A stretch of 64,000 nucleotides of DNA from Candidatus Pacearchaeota archaeon (GTDB lineage Archaea > Nanobdellota > Nanobdellia > Pacearchaeales > GW2011-AR1), in assembly GCA_027021195.1 (NCBI GenBank), contig JALUUW010000003.1, forward strand, positions 4,843 to 68,842, in the 5' to 3' direction. This document shows, one piece after another, positions 34,190 to 44,317 of the stretch. Both the position numbers and the translations under genes were made by a program. Position 1 is the first letter of the stretch, and each line of letters starts with the position of its first letter. The notes beneath the pieces were generated by a model. That model was not told where the DNA came from and ran no database searches. It worked only from the letters and a program-made list of their open reading frames with translations.

Positions 34190-34630
34190 TTATCGTAAAA
34201 GAAATTGTTTTGTAGTGCTTATAAACTTTTCCAACATGTCGGCATATTCCTTTAAACGCTCAAGATTGATATTAATCTCCTTCCCCCTGTAAAAAACCTT
34301 TAGTGTGACATTTTTTCTGAATTCACCGATTCTTTCCTTCCTTAAGTCCTCAACTTTTCTGAACATCTCATAAGCATCCATTACTGCCAGGAAGTTCTTG
34401 TCATTTCTAAACAGTTTTCTGACCTCTTCTATTTTTTTTAAAGGATTTGACGGCACTGAAGATATCTTTTTCTTTTTTTTGGCATGCTTTAGTATTTCAT
34501 CTATGCTTCTCTCAATCATTCTCCTCCATCTCAGGAGAAGATTCATTATCACATCGCAGGTTTTTGTATATTTCAGGCTTACATACAATAGATGGTCTGC
34601 GCTTATTTTTTCCTGAATAATCTCTTCCAT
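34190..34630 (-). CDS. hypothetical protein
   Basis: 146-aa helical-looking ORF with an ATG start. No motif recognised. Confidence 0.4.
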   Translation of the reverse strand: MEEIIQEKISADHLLYVSLKYTKTCDVIMNLLLRWRRMIERSIDEILKHAKKKKKISSVPSNPLKKIEEVRKLFRNDKNFLAVMDAYEMFRKVEDLRKERIGEFRKNVTLKVFYRGKEININLERLKEYADMLEKFISTTKQFLLR

Positions 34631-34735
34631 TATCGAACTCCTATAAAATCACCAATTAGAAGTATCTTTTACATATACACAAGGCTTTTTATATTTTTCT
34701 CAAAAATGAAATTTTCTTAATCTTGCCCTTAAATG

Positions 34736-35074
34736 CTATTTGCTTAGGTTCAAGATAGCTTCAGCGAGGTCATTTGTCTTTTCAAGAGCCTCTCTCGCTT
34801 CTTCATCAGTGCATCCTGTTTTTTCCATTACTGTTTTCACGTCTTCTTCTGAAATTCCTGGTTCAGCAGTTTCTTCTCTAACCTCTCCTGCAATTTGGAA
34901 TGTCTCCTGTCCCTGTATCTCTATTTTTGTCACAGAAGGATTTTCAATTATTATCTTTCCACTGCCTGAAGAATCAGCTTTTTCAATTACAACTCTTGAA
35001 GCCGGAATCTCCTCCTGAGACATTCCCATTTGCTTCATCAATGCCTGCATCTTTTTAGGGTTTAGGTTGAACAT
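34736..35074 (-). CDS. nac: nascent polypeptide-associated complex protein (NAC alpha, with UBA)
   Basis: NPKKMQALMKQMGM...VVIEKAD...IIIENPSVTKIEIQGQETFQI...EEDVKTVMEKTGCTDEEAREALEKTNDLAEAI. Confidence 0.8.
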   Translation of the reverse strand: MFNLNPKKMQALMKQMGMSQEEIPASRVVIEKADSSGSGKIIIENPSVTKIEIQGQETFQIAGEVREETAEPGISEEDVKTVMEKTGCTDEEAREALEKTNDLAEAILNLSK

Positions 35075-35178
35075 TTTATGTATCCTCTAAAATGTATCAT
35101 GTTGTTATTATTTATACTTTTCTATATCTAATATTAAGAATATAAAAGGATGGAAGAGTTATTTGCTCAGGAATTATT

Positions 35179-35340
35179 TCAGTAAATCAATCCTAAAAAA
35201 ATTCTGAAAGCAACAATAAGTCCTATGAATACAATTACATGAATTGGCTTTAAATTGAATCTGCTTGCATACTCCTCATTGAATCTCATCAATCCCCCAA
35301 ATCCTCCTGGAAGATTTACTGAGTTTCCTGCTTGTGCCAT
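35179..35340 (-). CDS. secG: preprotein translocase subunit Sec61beta (53 aa; not in ORF track)
   Basis: Hand translation gives MAQAGNSVNLPGGFGGLMRFNEEYASRFNLKPIHVIVFIGLIVAFRIFLGLIY*. It has the G-L-[MI]-R-[FY] motif followed by a single C-terminal TM helix. Confidence 0.65.
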   Translation of the reverse strand: MAQAGNSVNLPGGFGGLMRFNEEYASRFNLKPIHVIVFIGLIVAFRIFLGLIY

Positions 35341-35391
35341 GCTTTTCTGAATAAGGGATACTTTTTAAAAGTTTCCTGACTGCCCTTACCT

Positions 35392-37776
35392 ATGCCAAAA
35401 AACAAAATTGACATTAAGAAAACAGAAGATAAATGGAAGTCTTTTTGGGAGAAAGAAGGAATTTATAAGTTTGAAGGAAAGAAAAGAAAAAAAATCTACA
35501 GCATAGACACTCCTCCGCCTTATGTTTCAGGGGACATGCACATCGGCCATGCTTTCTCATATTCCCAGCAGGATTTTATTGCAAGATTCAGAAGAATGCT
35601 TCACATGAAGGATGGAGAGGTTTTTTACCCTTTTGGAACAGACGACAATGGATTGCCTACTGAAAGGTTTGTAGAAAAAAAGAATAGAATAAAAAGCAAA
35701 AGCATTTCAAGGGCCGAATTTATTGAGTTGTGCTTAAAAACACTGAAAGAGATAACTCCTGATTTTATTCAAGACTGGAAAGACCTGGGAATATCATGCG
35801 ATTACAGTCTTTACTACTCAACTATTGACAAACACTCGCAGAAAATATCGCAGAAGTCATTTATTGAGCTGTTTAAGCAGGGAGATATATACAGAAAGGA
35901 GTTTCCGACTTTATGGTGTACTGAATGCCAGACTACAATTGCTCAGGCAGAGCTTGAAGACATGGAAAAAGACAGCCTGTTTTCAACACTCAAATTTAAA
36001 GCAGATGGAAAAGACCTGCTGATTGCAACAACAAGGCCTGAGATGCTGAGAGCGTGTGTTGCTGTTTTTGTGAACCCAAAAGATACGAGATACAAAAGCC
36101 TTATAGGAAAAAAGGCAAAAGTTCCTTTATTTAATCATGAAGTTCCTATAATTGAGGATGAGTCAGCAGACATTGAAAAAGGGACAGGAGTCTTAATGAT
36201 TTGCTCCTACGGAGACAAGTTTGATGTTGAGGCAATTAACAGGCATGGCCTTAATCCAAAGATAATTCTGGGTAAAAACGGAACCATGAGCATTGAAGGT
36301 CATGAAAAGTATAATAGCTTAAGAGTAAAAGAGGCAAGAAAAAAAATTCTTGAAGATTTAAGAGAAAATGGCCTGATTGAAGAGCAGAAGCAAATCTCGC
36401 ATGTCGTGAATGTTCATGACAAGTGCGGAACTGAGATAGAGTTTGTTCCGACAGAGCAGTGGTTTATTAAAATTCTGGACAAAAAGAAAGAGCTTGTAAA
36501 GCAGGGAAAAAAGATTAACTGGCATCCTGAATTTATGTTTAAGAGGTATGAAAACTGGGTTAATGGCCTGGAGTGGGACTGGAGCATTTCAAGAGAGAGG
36601 CATTTCGGAGTTCCTATTCCTGTCTGGATTTGCAGGAAATGCAATGAAATTATTCTTCCTGAAGAAAAAGAGCTTCCAGTTGACCCTCTGCAAGAAAGAA
36701 AAAAATGCTCAAAATGCAATGAGCTTGCAGAAGGGGAAGAAAGGGTTTTAGACACCTGGGCAACCTCGTCATTAACTCCGCAGATTGCTTCCTCTCTGCC
36801 GGCTGTTAAAAAAACTGCAGAAGTAAAAATGCCTTTTTCATTAAGGCCCCAGGCTCATGACATAATAAGGACATGGGCATTTTATACTATTGTTAAATCA
36901 TATTTGCATGAAAAAGAGATTCCGTGGAAGGACATTATAATTTCAGGGTTTGTGACACACAAAGGAGAAAAAATGTCAAAAAGCAAAGGAACAGGAATCA
37001 GGCCAAGGCAACTCATGGAAACATACGGGACAGATGCATTAAGGTTCTGGGCTGCTGGCTCAAAACTCGGAGAGGACATGGACTATCATGAAAAGGATTT
37101 AATAACAGGAAAAAAATTCATAACAAAACTGGTTAATGCATCAAGGTTTGTTTTTATGAATCTTGAAGACTATTCCTCTGGAAAGAGGAAGCCGAAAAAA
37201 CTTGAAAAGCTTGATGAGTTATTCCTGAATAGGCTGAACGCTCTTATAAAGAGCTCTACAGAAAATTTTAAGAGATATGAATATTCAAAAGCAAAATCAG
37301 AAACAGAGCAGTTTTTCTGGCATGTTTTTTGCGATAATTATCTGGAGATAGTTAAAAAAAGAATCTACAATGAGAAAGGAGACAAAAAAATCTCAGCGCA
37401 ATACACTCTTTACACTTCCCTTCTTACAATCCTGAAGCTAATTGCACCTATAATGCCGTTTATCACAGAGGAAATTTACCAGACTTACTTTAAAAAATCA
37501 GAAAAAGAAAAAAGCATTCATATTTCTAAGTGGCCTGAGGAGATTAAAATACCAAAGCTAAGCAAGAAAGAAGAGGGAATTTTTGATATAATGATTGAAA
37601 TCATTGCCAAAGTAAGGCATGAAAAATCCATTGCAAAAAAATCCATGAACTCTGAGATAGTTTTAACCTTAGAGAGAGATTTTTTAGAGAAGTTAGAAGA
37701 AGTCATTGATGACTTAAAGGCTGTTGCAAACGCGAAAGAAATCAGGGAAGGAAAATTCAGTGTTGAGTTTGTTTAA
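35392..37776 (+). CDS. valS: valyl-tRNA synthetase
   Basis: IDTPPPYVSGDMHIGHAFSYSQQDFIARFRRM, FGTDDNGLPTE and GEKMSKSKG. At 794 aa it is shorter than archaeal Ile/Leu enzymes. Confidence 0.8.
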   Translation: MPKNKIDIKKTEDKWKSFWEKEGIYKFEGKKRKKIYSIDTPPPYVSGDMHIGHAFSYSQQDFIARFRRMLHMKDGEVFYPFGTDDNGLPTERFVEKKNRIKSKSISRAEFIELCLKTLKEITPDFIQDWKDLGISCDYSLYYSTIDKHSQKISQKSFIELFKQGDIYRKEFPTLWCTECQTTIAQAELEDMEKDSLFSTLKFKADGKDLLIATTRPEMLRACVAVFVNPKDTRYKSLIGKKAKVPLFNHEVPIIEDESADIEKGTGVLMICSYGDKFDVEAINRHGLNPKIILGKNGTMSIEGHEKYNSLRVKEARKKILEDLRENGLIEEQKQISHVVNVHDKCGTEIEFVPTEQWFIKILDKKKELVKQGKKINWHPEFMFKRYENWVNGLEWDWSISRERHFGVPIPVWICRKCNEIILPEEKELPVDPLQERKKCSKCNELAEGEERVLDTWATSSLTPQIASSLPAVKKTAEVKMPFSLRPQAHDIIRTWAFYTIVKSYLHEKEIPWKDIIISGFVTHKGEKMSKSKGTGIRPRQLMETYGTDALRFWAAGSKLGEDMDYHEKDLITGKKFITKLVNASRFVFMNLEDYSSGKRKPKKLEKLDELFLNRLNALIKSSTENFKRYEYSKAKSETEQFFWHVFCDNYLEIVKKRIYNEKGDKKISAQYTLYTSLLTILKLIAPIMPFITEEIYQTYFKKSEKEKSIHISKWPEEIKIPKLSKKEEGIFDIMIEIIAKVRHEKSIAKKSMNSEIVLTLERDFLEKLEEVIDDLKAVANAKEIREGKFSVEFV

Positions 37777-37841
37777 TCAATCCAATACGGCTTTGAACCT
37801 GTCATACTCAGTTTTATAAACATCTTTTTTCTTTTTAAAAT

Positions 37842-38930
37842 ATGACACAATTAACTAAAGCAGAACTTGAAGAAATTTTGGAAGAATTAGGAAAACACCG
37901 AGGAAGGGCAACAGAGCTTATCACAGTTTACATACCTTCAGGCCAGAATATTTATACTGTTTCAGACCAGCTTGAAGCAGAAAAATCAACTGCAAAAAAC
38001 ATAAAATCCACTTCAACACGAAAAAATGTAATTAATGCTTTGGAAAAGATAACAAGATACCTCAAAACCATGAAAAAGACTCCTGAGAACGGCCTTGCTG
38101 TTTTTTGCGGCAATGTAAGCAAGGTTGAAGGGCAGGAGGATCTGAAATTATGGGGTATTGAGCCTCCAATGCCCTTGAAAGTAAGAATGTACAGATGCGA
38201 CAAGGAATTTGTTCTTGAGCCTTTAAGAGAGCAGCTTGAAGTCTCAGAGGTTTTTGGCCTGCTTGTTATGGACAGAAAAGAGGCAACTATAGGCATGCTT
38301 GAAGGAAAAAGAATAGAGGTTTTGCAGCACATGACTTCAGGAATTCCAAGCAAAGTAAGGGCAGGAGGCCAGTCAAGCCAGAGGTTCCACAGAATTACTG
38401 AAGGATTAACAAAAGAATTTTACAAGAGAATTGCTGATGAGATGAAAAAGGTTTTTTTCGATATGCCGAAACTTAAGGGAATTCTTGTAGGAGGCCCTAT
38501 TCCTACAAAAGACGAGTTTCTTGACAATAAATATCTGGCCACAAAGCTTCAGGAAAAAGTGATAGGAAGAGTGGATATTGGAGATGCTGATGAATCAGGG
38601 CTAAAAGAGATTGTTGCAAAATCTCATGATATTTTGGAGAATCAGGAGATAATTCATGAAAAAAAGGTTCTTGAAAAGTTTTTTGAGACTCTTGGAGAAA
38701 AGCCTGATTTTGCTCTTTATAAAGAAGAAGATGTCAGAAAGGCTCTTGAATACGGAGCTGTAGATGTATTAATATTGTCAAAAGACCTTGATAAAAAACT
38801 CTCAAAAGAGCTGAAAAAAATGGCAGAGAGTATTTCATCAGAGGTTGAGGTTGTCTCCACAGAAACAGAAGAAGGAAAGCAGTTCAATAATCTCTCTGGA
38901 ATAGGGGCTTTGCTGAGGTTTAAGGTTTAA
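37842..38930 (+). CDS. prf1: peptide chain release factor aRF1
   Basis: Contains NIKS (TAKNIKSTSTRKNV) and GGQ (RAGGQSSQRF) motifs. Confidence 0.9.
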   Translation: MTQLTKAELEEILEELGKHRGRATELITVYIPSGQNIYTVSDQLEAEKSTAKNIKSTSTRKNVINALEKITRYLKTMKKTPENGLAVFCGNVSKVEGQEDLKLWGIEPPMPLKVRMYRCDKEFVLEPLREQLEVSEVFGLLVMDRKEATIGMLEGKRIEVLQHMTSGIPSKVRAGGQSSQRFHRITEGLTKEFYKRIADEMKKVFFDMPKLKGILVGGPIPTKDEFLDNKYLATKLQEKVIGRVDIGDADESGLKEIVAKSHDILENQEIIHEKKVLEKFFETLGEKPDFALYKEEDVRKALEYGAVDVLILSKDLDKKLSKELKKMAESISSEVEVVSTETEEGKQFNNLSGIGALLRFKV

Positions 38931-39051
38931 CAGTTTTTCAGGGTATTTTTGGGATGATTGCAAGAATATCTGGATTTGCTCCTGACTAAATTAACTGATT
39001 ATAACTAATTTTAAACACAATCTTTAAAATCCCATCCCATTTATTATAAAA

Positions 39052-39603
39052 ATGGAAATAAGCAGCAAGACAGCAGAGGAAATTGATGAGGCAAAAGAAA
39101 AAGAGGATCTGAAAAAGCTTGAAGCAGTCTTTTTTGTTTCAGGAAGATTTCTGAATATGCAGGAGCTGATATCCTTGACAGACTTAAATCCAATAATAAT
39201 CAGGGAGCTGATAGAAAAGCTTCAGGAAAAGTATGACAATGGAGATTCTGCAATTGAAATTGTTGAAAAAAATAATCTTTGGAAGATGGATGTAAGAAAA
39301 GAATACTCTTACATAATTAACAGATTAGCTACAGGCTCCTCAGAGTTTTCAAAAGCAGAGCAGGAAACTCTTGCAATTATTGCCTATAAACAGCCAGTTA
39401 AGCAATCAGTAATAATTAAAATAAGAGGAAATAAGGCTTATGACCACATAAAAAAATTTGTTGAGCTTGGGCTTTTAAAAAAGAAAAAATCAGGGCATAC
39501 TCATGAGCTGAGCTTAAGCGATGAATTTTATGATTACTTTAATCTGGAGGACAGGAAAAGCTTTGCGGAGAATCTCTCCGGCAATGAATCTTCAAGAGAA
39601 TAA
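39052..39603 (+). CDS. scpB: segregation and condensation protein B (ScpB)
   Basis: LEAVFFVSGRFLNMQEL...SKAEQETLAIIAYKQPVKQSVIIKIRGNKAYDHIKKFVELGLL. Confidence 0.75.
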   Translation: MEISSKTAEEIDEAKEKEDLKKLEAVFFVSGRFLNMQELISLTDLNPIIIRELIEKLQEKYDNGDSAIEIVEKNNLWKMDVRKEYSYIINRLATGSSEFSKAEQETLAIIAYKQPVKQSVIIKIRGNKAYDHIKKFVELGLLKKKKSGHTHELSLSDEFYDYFNLEDRKSFAENLSGNESSRE

Positions 39604-39604
39604 A

Positions 39605-40834
39605 ATGGAATCTCTGACTGTTATTTATCTTGCTTATACCTTTATTGCGCTTTATTTTTTAGTCTTATTTATCTTGATTTATATTCCAAACAGAAAGAAT
39701 CTCTTTTTTTATCCAAATCCGGACAGGAATTATTCTTTAAGCATTGTTGTTCCGTGCTACAATGAAGAAGAGAACATAGAGGGGACTATCCGGGCTTTGC
39801 TGGATTCAGATTATAAAGGCCTTAAAAAAGTAATTGTTGTGGATGACTGCAGCACTGACCGCTCTTATGACATAATAAAAAAGCTGTCAAAAAAATATCC
39901 TAAAGTTCTTGCCCTGAAAACTCCAAAAAATACAGGCAAGGCAAGCGGAGCAAAGAATTACGGAGCAAAGTTTGTGACTACTGAGCTGATAGGATTTACA
40001 GATGCGGACTCATACCCAAAAAAGGATGCAATAACAAAGATGGTTGGTTTTTTTAATGATAAAAATGTAGGGGCAGTTACTGCAAGGGTTCTTGTAAAAA
40101 AAAGGGATAATTTTATAGAGAGGCTGCAGTCAATAGAGTATAAGATAATCTCTTTCTCAAGAAAGCTTTTGGGATTTATAGGGGCAATATATGTAACTCC
40201 TGGCCCTCTGGCCATCTACAGAAGAAGCGCCTTTAATGAAATTAACGGGTTTGATGAAAAAAACATGACAGAGGATATAGAGATAACATGGCATCTTATC
40301 TCAAAAAAATACAGGGTGGAGATGAGCCTCTTATCAAGAGTTTACACAGTTGCTCCTGATAATTTTAAGGCATGGTTTAGGCAGAGAGTAAGATGGAATA
40401 TTGGAGGGATACAGACAATAAATAAGTATAAGAAAACATTTTTTAAGGTTGGAATGCTTGGAAGCTTCATTCTGCCTTTTTTTGTCTTCTCATGGATGCT
40501 TGGAATTTTTGGAATTTTAATCTTGTTTTACAGGATTGTTAGGAGGGCTGTTGTCCAGTATCTTTCAACAACTTACTCTGTGAAGGCCCAGACAGCAATT
40601 TTTACATTCAGGGAACTGAACCTTACTCCAAGCATTCTTGTTTTTTTTGGAATAGCAATGTTTATCCTAAGTTTCTCTTTTACATTGCTTGCCCTTCTCC
40701 ACTCAAGAGAAAAAGAATTTAAAAAGCATAAATTGCTTGATATTCTGGCTTATATGTTTGTATATTTGCTAAGTTATCCAGTAATCCTGATAACATCAAT
40801 ATATAAATTTTTTAAAGGGAAACACTCTTGGTAA
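39605..40834 (+). CDS. family 2 glycosyltransferase, membrane-bound (multi-TM C-terminus)
   Basis: SIVVPCYNEEENI, VVDDCSTD, FTDADS and QRVRWNIGG (Q/RxxRW). The ATG at 39605 directly follows the scpB stop. Confidence 0.8.
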   Translation: MESLTVIYLAYTFIALYFLVLFILIYIPNRKNLFFYPNPDRNYSLSIVVPCYNEEENIEGTIRALLDSDYKGLKKVIVVDDCSTDRSYDIIKKLSKKYPKVLALKTPKNTGKASGAKNYGAKFVTTELIGFTDADSYPKKDAITKMVGFFNDKNVGAVTARVLVKKRDNFIERLQSIEYKIISFSRKLLGFIGAIYVTPGPLAIYRRSAFNEINGFDEKNMTEDIEITWHLISKKYRVEMSLLSRVYTVAPDNFKAWFRQRVRWNIGGIQTINKYKKTFFKVGMLGSFILPFFVFSWMLGIFGILILFYRIVRRAVVQYLSTTYSVKAQTAIFTFRELNLTPSILVFFGIAMFILSFSFTLLALLHSREKEFKKHKLLDILAYMFVYLLSYPVILITSIYKFFKGKHSW

Positions 40835-40836
40835 AA

Positions 40837-41493
40837 ATGGCTGGAAATCCAAAGAACGTTTTTTTGCAGGCTTTTTTTTTAACTGCAGTTATATTTGTTT
40901 TTGGGCTTCTTCTCGGAGTTGCTTTTGAGGCATCTAGGATCGATAAGGTAAATGAGTATTACGCAAGATCAGAAATATCCTTAATAGATGCAGTTGCTCT
41001 GAACAGCCTGACTGACCTCTTTGATTCCAGCTGCGAATATCTAGTGGACGCAAATATTGATTTTGCAAACAGGATTTATGAGGAAGCCAAGCTTCTTGAC
41101 AGATATGAGGATGCTGGGAAAATTGATGACAATATTAAATTGGCTCATAAGAGGTATGACCTCTTGAGGACTTTTTTATGGATAAATGTGATAAAAACAA
41201 GGGAGAAGTGCAGCGAAGAGTTCTCTTCAGTCGTATATCTTTATGAATACGAGTCAAAAGATCTCGCAAAAAGAGCGACTCAGAATGTATGGTCAAAAGT
41301 CTTGTTTGACTTAAAGAAGGAAATGGGGAATGACATAATCCTTCTATCAATAGCTGCGAACAATAATATTGATTCTCTTGATTCTCTGAAAAGGAAATTT
41401 GGAATATCAAGGCTTCCGGCTGTTATTATAAATGAGAAATATGTAATACAGGAGCTTTCTTCTGTTGAAAGCTTGAAGAGATATCTTGTTTGA
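40837..41493 (+). CDS. hypothetical membrane-anchored protein
   Basis: N-terminal TM segment (VFLQAFFLTAVIFVFGLLLGVAF). The ATG is 3 nt after the GT2 stop. The track start at 40828 is a TTG. Confidence 0.4.
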   Translation: MAGNPKNVFLQAFFLTAVIFVFGLLLGVAFEASRIDKVNEYYARSEISLIDAVALNSLTDLFDSSCEYLVDANIDFANRIYEEAKLLDRYEDAGKIDDNIKLAHKRYDLLRTFLWINVIKTREKCSEEFSSVVYLYEYESKDLAKRATQNVWSKVLFDLKKEMGNDIILLSIAANNNIDSLDSLKRKFGISRLPAVIINEKYVIQELSSVESLKRYLV

Positions 41494-41537
41494 TTTTGTA
41501 TAGAAATATTAAAAAACAGGGTCAGCTCCATTGGTTT

Positions 41538-42365
41538 ATGGAAGAGTGCTTTAGCTGCGGAGTTTCTGAAAAAAAGACGCTTTTGTCTGACGCAATTTCA
41601 GAGAAGGGAATAGTAAAGATATGCAGGAAATGCTCCTTTAAAGAAGAGGTCCTGATTATTAAAAAACCTTCTTTTGACTTTGAAGAGCCTGAAAAAAGAG
41701 GGAGTGTTTATGAAAGGGTTTCAAAAATTGCAGGAATTGACCCTGAAAAAACAAAAGAGCCTGAAAAGAACCCTGAACTTGAAAAACAAGAAGATTCTCT
41801 TAAAAAAATTGTTGAAAAGAACTTTAGTATGAGTGTTGGTGGGCAAAGCAGTTTTACAAAGAAAGGGGAGGGCTTGATTGATAATTTTCACTGGGTTATT
41901 ATGAGGGGAAGAAGGGCAAAACACTTGACTAAAAAACAGCTTGCAGAAGCAATTGCAGAGCCGGAACTGGCTGTAAATCTTGCAGAAAAAGGGATTCTTC
42001 CTGAAAACAGCTCGAAAATCATTGCCAAGCTGGAGAATTATCTTGGGATAAGAATCAGAAAAAAAGGAATTAACGGGAATCAAGGAATGTTTGATGCTTC
42101 AAAGGCAGGAGATGATTTATTGCAGAAAAAAGAGATAACTGAAATCGATTTTGACCCCCTTATTTCCCGAAATTTAACAATAGCAGACTTGAGGGAGATG
42201 AAAAAGAAAAAAGAGGAAGAGATGCTTGGAAAGGACAATGGTAACTTTCAGAAAAAAGAATCTGAAACAACTGACAGCATAAACAAGAGCCATGAAAAAA
42301 GAGAATTGTCTCAGAATGAGATTAATGACCTGATTTTTGGGAAAAAGAAAACACAAGCTTTATAA
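41538..42365 (+). CDS. MBF1-like Zn-ribbon + HTH protein with long linker and charged tail
   Basis: CFSCG...ICRKCS ribbon. The HTH is RAKHLTKKQLAEAIAEPELAVNLAEKGILPENSSKIIAKLENYLGIRI. The track start at 41490 is a TTG. Confidence 0.45.
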   Translation: MEECFSCGVSEKKTLLSDAISEKGIVKICRKCSFKEEVLIIKKPSFDFEEPEKRGSVYERVSKIAGIDPEKTKEPEKNPELEKQEDSLKKIVEKNFSMSVGGQSSFTKKGEGLIDNFHWVIMRGRRAKHLTKKQLAEAIAEPELAVNLAEKGILPENSSKIIAKLENYLGIRIRKKGINGNQGMFDASKAGDDLLQKKEITEIDFDPLISRNLTIADLREMKKKKEEEMLGKDNGNFQKKESETTDSINKSHEKRELSQNEINDLIFGKKKTQAL

Positions 42366-42387
42366 ATAAACTTTTATCCATTTTAAT

Positions 42388-42651
42388 ATGGATATCAATA
42401 TTCTTAAAAGCTCAAAAGATGAAATTGAAGTCGAGGTTGAAAGCCTGACAATTGCTGAAATTTTAAGGGTTTACCTTAATAAGGATTCTTCAGTCTCATT
42501 TGCTGCATGGAAAAGGGAGCACCCCACTAAGAAGCCGGTCCTTGCAGTTAAAACAAAAGGAAAAACACCCAAAAAAGCAATAAGTGATGCAGTTGCCGCA
42601 ATAACCAGGGACTTGGAGAAAATCGAGGGTGATTTTAAAAAACTAAAATAA
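42388..42651 (+). CDS. rpoL: DNA-directed RNA polymerase subunit L (Rpo11)
   Basis: MDINILKSSKDEIEVEVESLTIAEILRVYLNKDSSVSFAAWKREHP. Size is 87 aa. Confidence 0.7.
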   Translation: MDINILKSSKDEIEVEVESLTIAEILRVYLNKDSSVSFAAWKREHPTKKPVLAVKTKGKTPKKAISDAVAAITRDLEKIEGDFKKLK

Positions 42652-42705
42652 TTCTTAAAAAGCTTATTCAGGCATTTTTACAGCAATTTATATAAATTGC
42701 CTTAA

Positions 42706-43449
42706 ATGTTCTTTAGCATGGCTAATAACAGAATATCTGCAGGAAGCTTTGACCTGAACAAGTGGCTCCATGGAGGTTATGAAAAAGATATAATTACAAT
42801 GATTGCAGGGCCTCCCGGATGCGGTAAAACAAACATGGCTGTTCTTGCTGCCTGCAGCCAGGCGAAAAAAGGAAACAAAGTTATTTTTATTGATACAGAA
42901 GGAGGGTTTTCAACAGAGAGGGTGAAGCAGATTGTTGGAGAGGGCTATGAAAGCATTCTGGGAAATATTCTTCTCCTCGAACCTTCAAATTTTGAGGAGC
43001 AGAAAAAGTGTTTTGTAAATCTTCTGAAAAGGCTCAAAAAAAACCATATAGGGCTTATAATTGTTGATGGCATGGCAATGCTTTACAGGCTTGAGCTTGG
43101 AGATGCGGCTAAGTCAAAAGACGGCTCCAAAATAAAAGGAGTGAATAAAGAGGTGGCAAAGCAGATGCAGATTCTCGCTGAAATCTCAAGAAAACAGAAG
43201 ATTCCAGTCATAATAACAAATCAGGTTTACAAAGAATTTCTTTCAGAAGATGATTTAAAAAAAGGGGTTAAGCCAGAGGCAAATATTGTCGGAGGGGATT
43301 TGTTTAAGTATTGGAGCAAGTGTATAATTGAGCTGAAAAATGAAAGGGGAAGGAGAAAGGCAATTCTTCATAAGCATAGAAGCCTTCCGAGGAAAGAGAT
43401 TGGGTTTGAAATAAAAGACAGGGGAATTTTTAAAAGAGGCTGGCTGTAA
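42706..43449 (+). CDS. radB: RadB-type recombinase paralogue (RecA/RadA family)
   Basis: GSFDLNKWLHGGYEKDIITMIAGPPGCGKTN (Walker A) and LIIVDGM (Walker B). Alternative ATG at 42718. Confidence 0.7.
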   Translation: MFFSMANNRISAGSFDLNKWLHGGYEKDIITMIAGPPGCGKTNMAVLAACSQAKKGNKVIFIDTEGGFSTERVKQIVGEGYESILGNILLLEPSNFEEQKKCFVNLLKRLKKNHIGLIIVDGMAMLYRLELGDAAKSKDGSKIKGVNKEVAKQMQILAEISRKQKIPVIITNQVYKEFLSEDDLKKGVKPEANIVGGDLFKYWSKCIIELKNERGRRKAILHKHRSLPRKEIGFEIKDRGIFKRGWL

Positions 43450-43549
43450 TTGCTCCGGATTATTGAATTCTGCAGCAAATAAATATTTAAAAACATAAAT
43501 GACTGAAGTCTTATTCAGTAAATATATGTGATTTTATTGAATAGCTGGC

Positions 43550-44200
43550 ATGGAAAGCAGATTATTGTCTCTTGAAGAAATAAGCAGAGATTATCCTTTT
43601 GTTATTCTGGATACAAGCGCCTTGCTTTATCCAATAGGAAGGAAAAGAATTCAGACGCTCAAAGACAAAATACACCTTTCCAGAGTTGAGAGAGATTCTG
43701 CGGTTTTCTTTAAAAAAAGCCTTCCGCAGTTAAATATTTATGTCACTGACCTTATTTTAAAAGAGTATTTCAGCGAGAAGAGGCGGCCCTGCAAAGGTAT
43801 GCCTTATTTTACAACAAGAAAAAAAGAAGTAATGAAGTTAAGGAGCATGAGGATGGATGCGCACAGAAAAAAGAGAAAATTAGCAGAAGCATTTGGCATA
43901 AACAACAGGGTTATCTCTGAGAGCTGTCTGAGTGAAGAGGAAAGGTCCAATTATGAAATTTTGCTGGAAGAGCATTCTTATTTCGAAGAAAAATACGGGC
44001 TCAGCTATCCTGATTTGGATTTTCTTGTTTTGGGATCAGCAATTTCGCAAAGCAGAGAGAGCGTATCTTTGATATCCAATGACAGCGGGATTATTAATGC
44101 ATGGAATGAGATGTTAAAAAAATATAAAAGCAGTCCGGAAAGGCTCGGCTTTTTCAGGAGAGAAAAGCTTAATGGATTTAGAAAGCTGAGAGTTACTTGA
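43550..44200 (+). CDS. hypothetical protein, weak PIN-domain-like pattern
   Basis: FVILDTSAL near the N-terminus and DLDFLVLGSAI...LISNDSG later resemble the PIN acidic residue spacing. The call is weak. Confidence 0.3.
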   Translation: MESRLLSLEEISRDYPFVILDTSALLYPIGRKRIQTLKDKIHLSRVERDSAVFFKKSLPQLNIYVTDLILKEYFSEKRRPCKGMPYFTTRKKEVMKLRSMRMDAHRKKRKLAEAFGINNRVISESCLSEEERSNYEILLEEHSYFEEKYGLSYPDLDFLVLGSAISQSRESVSLISNDSGIINAWNEMLKKYKSSPERLGFFRREKLNGFRKLRVT

Positions 44201-44317
44201 TAAAGAATAAAAATCCCTTTCTGCTATAGTTCTCTTTAGAAGCCATGCAGGGAATTCTGCAGGACAATTAAGTTCTTGCAACTATAAAAATATAAACTTC
44301 CATGCATCTGTCTTTTT

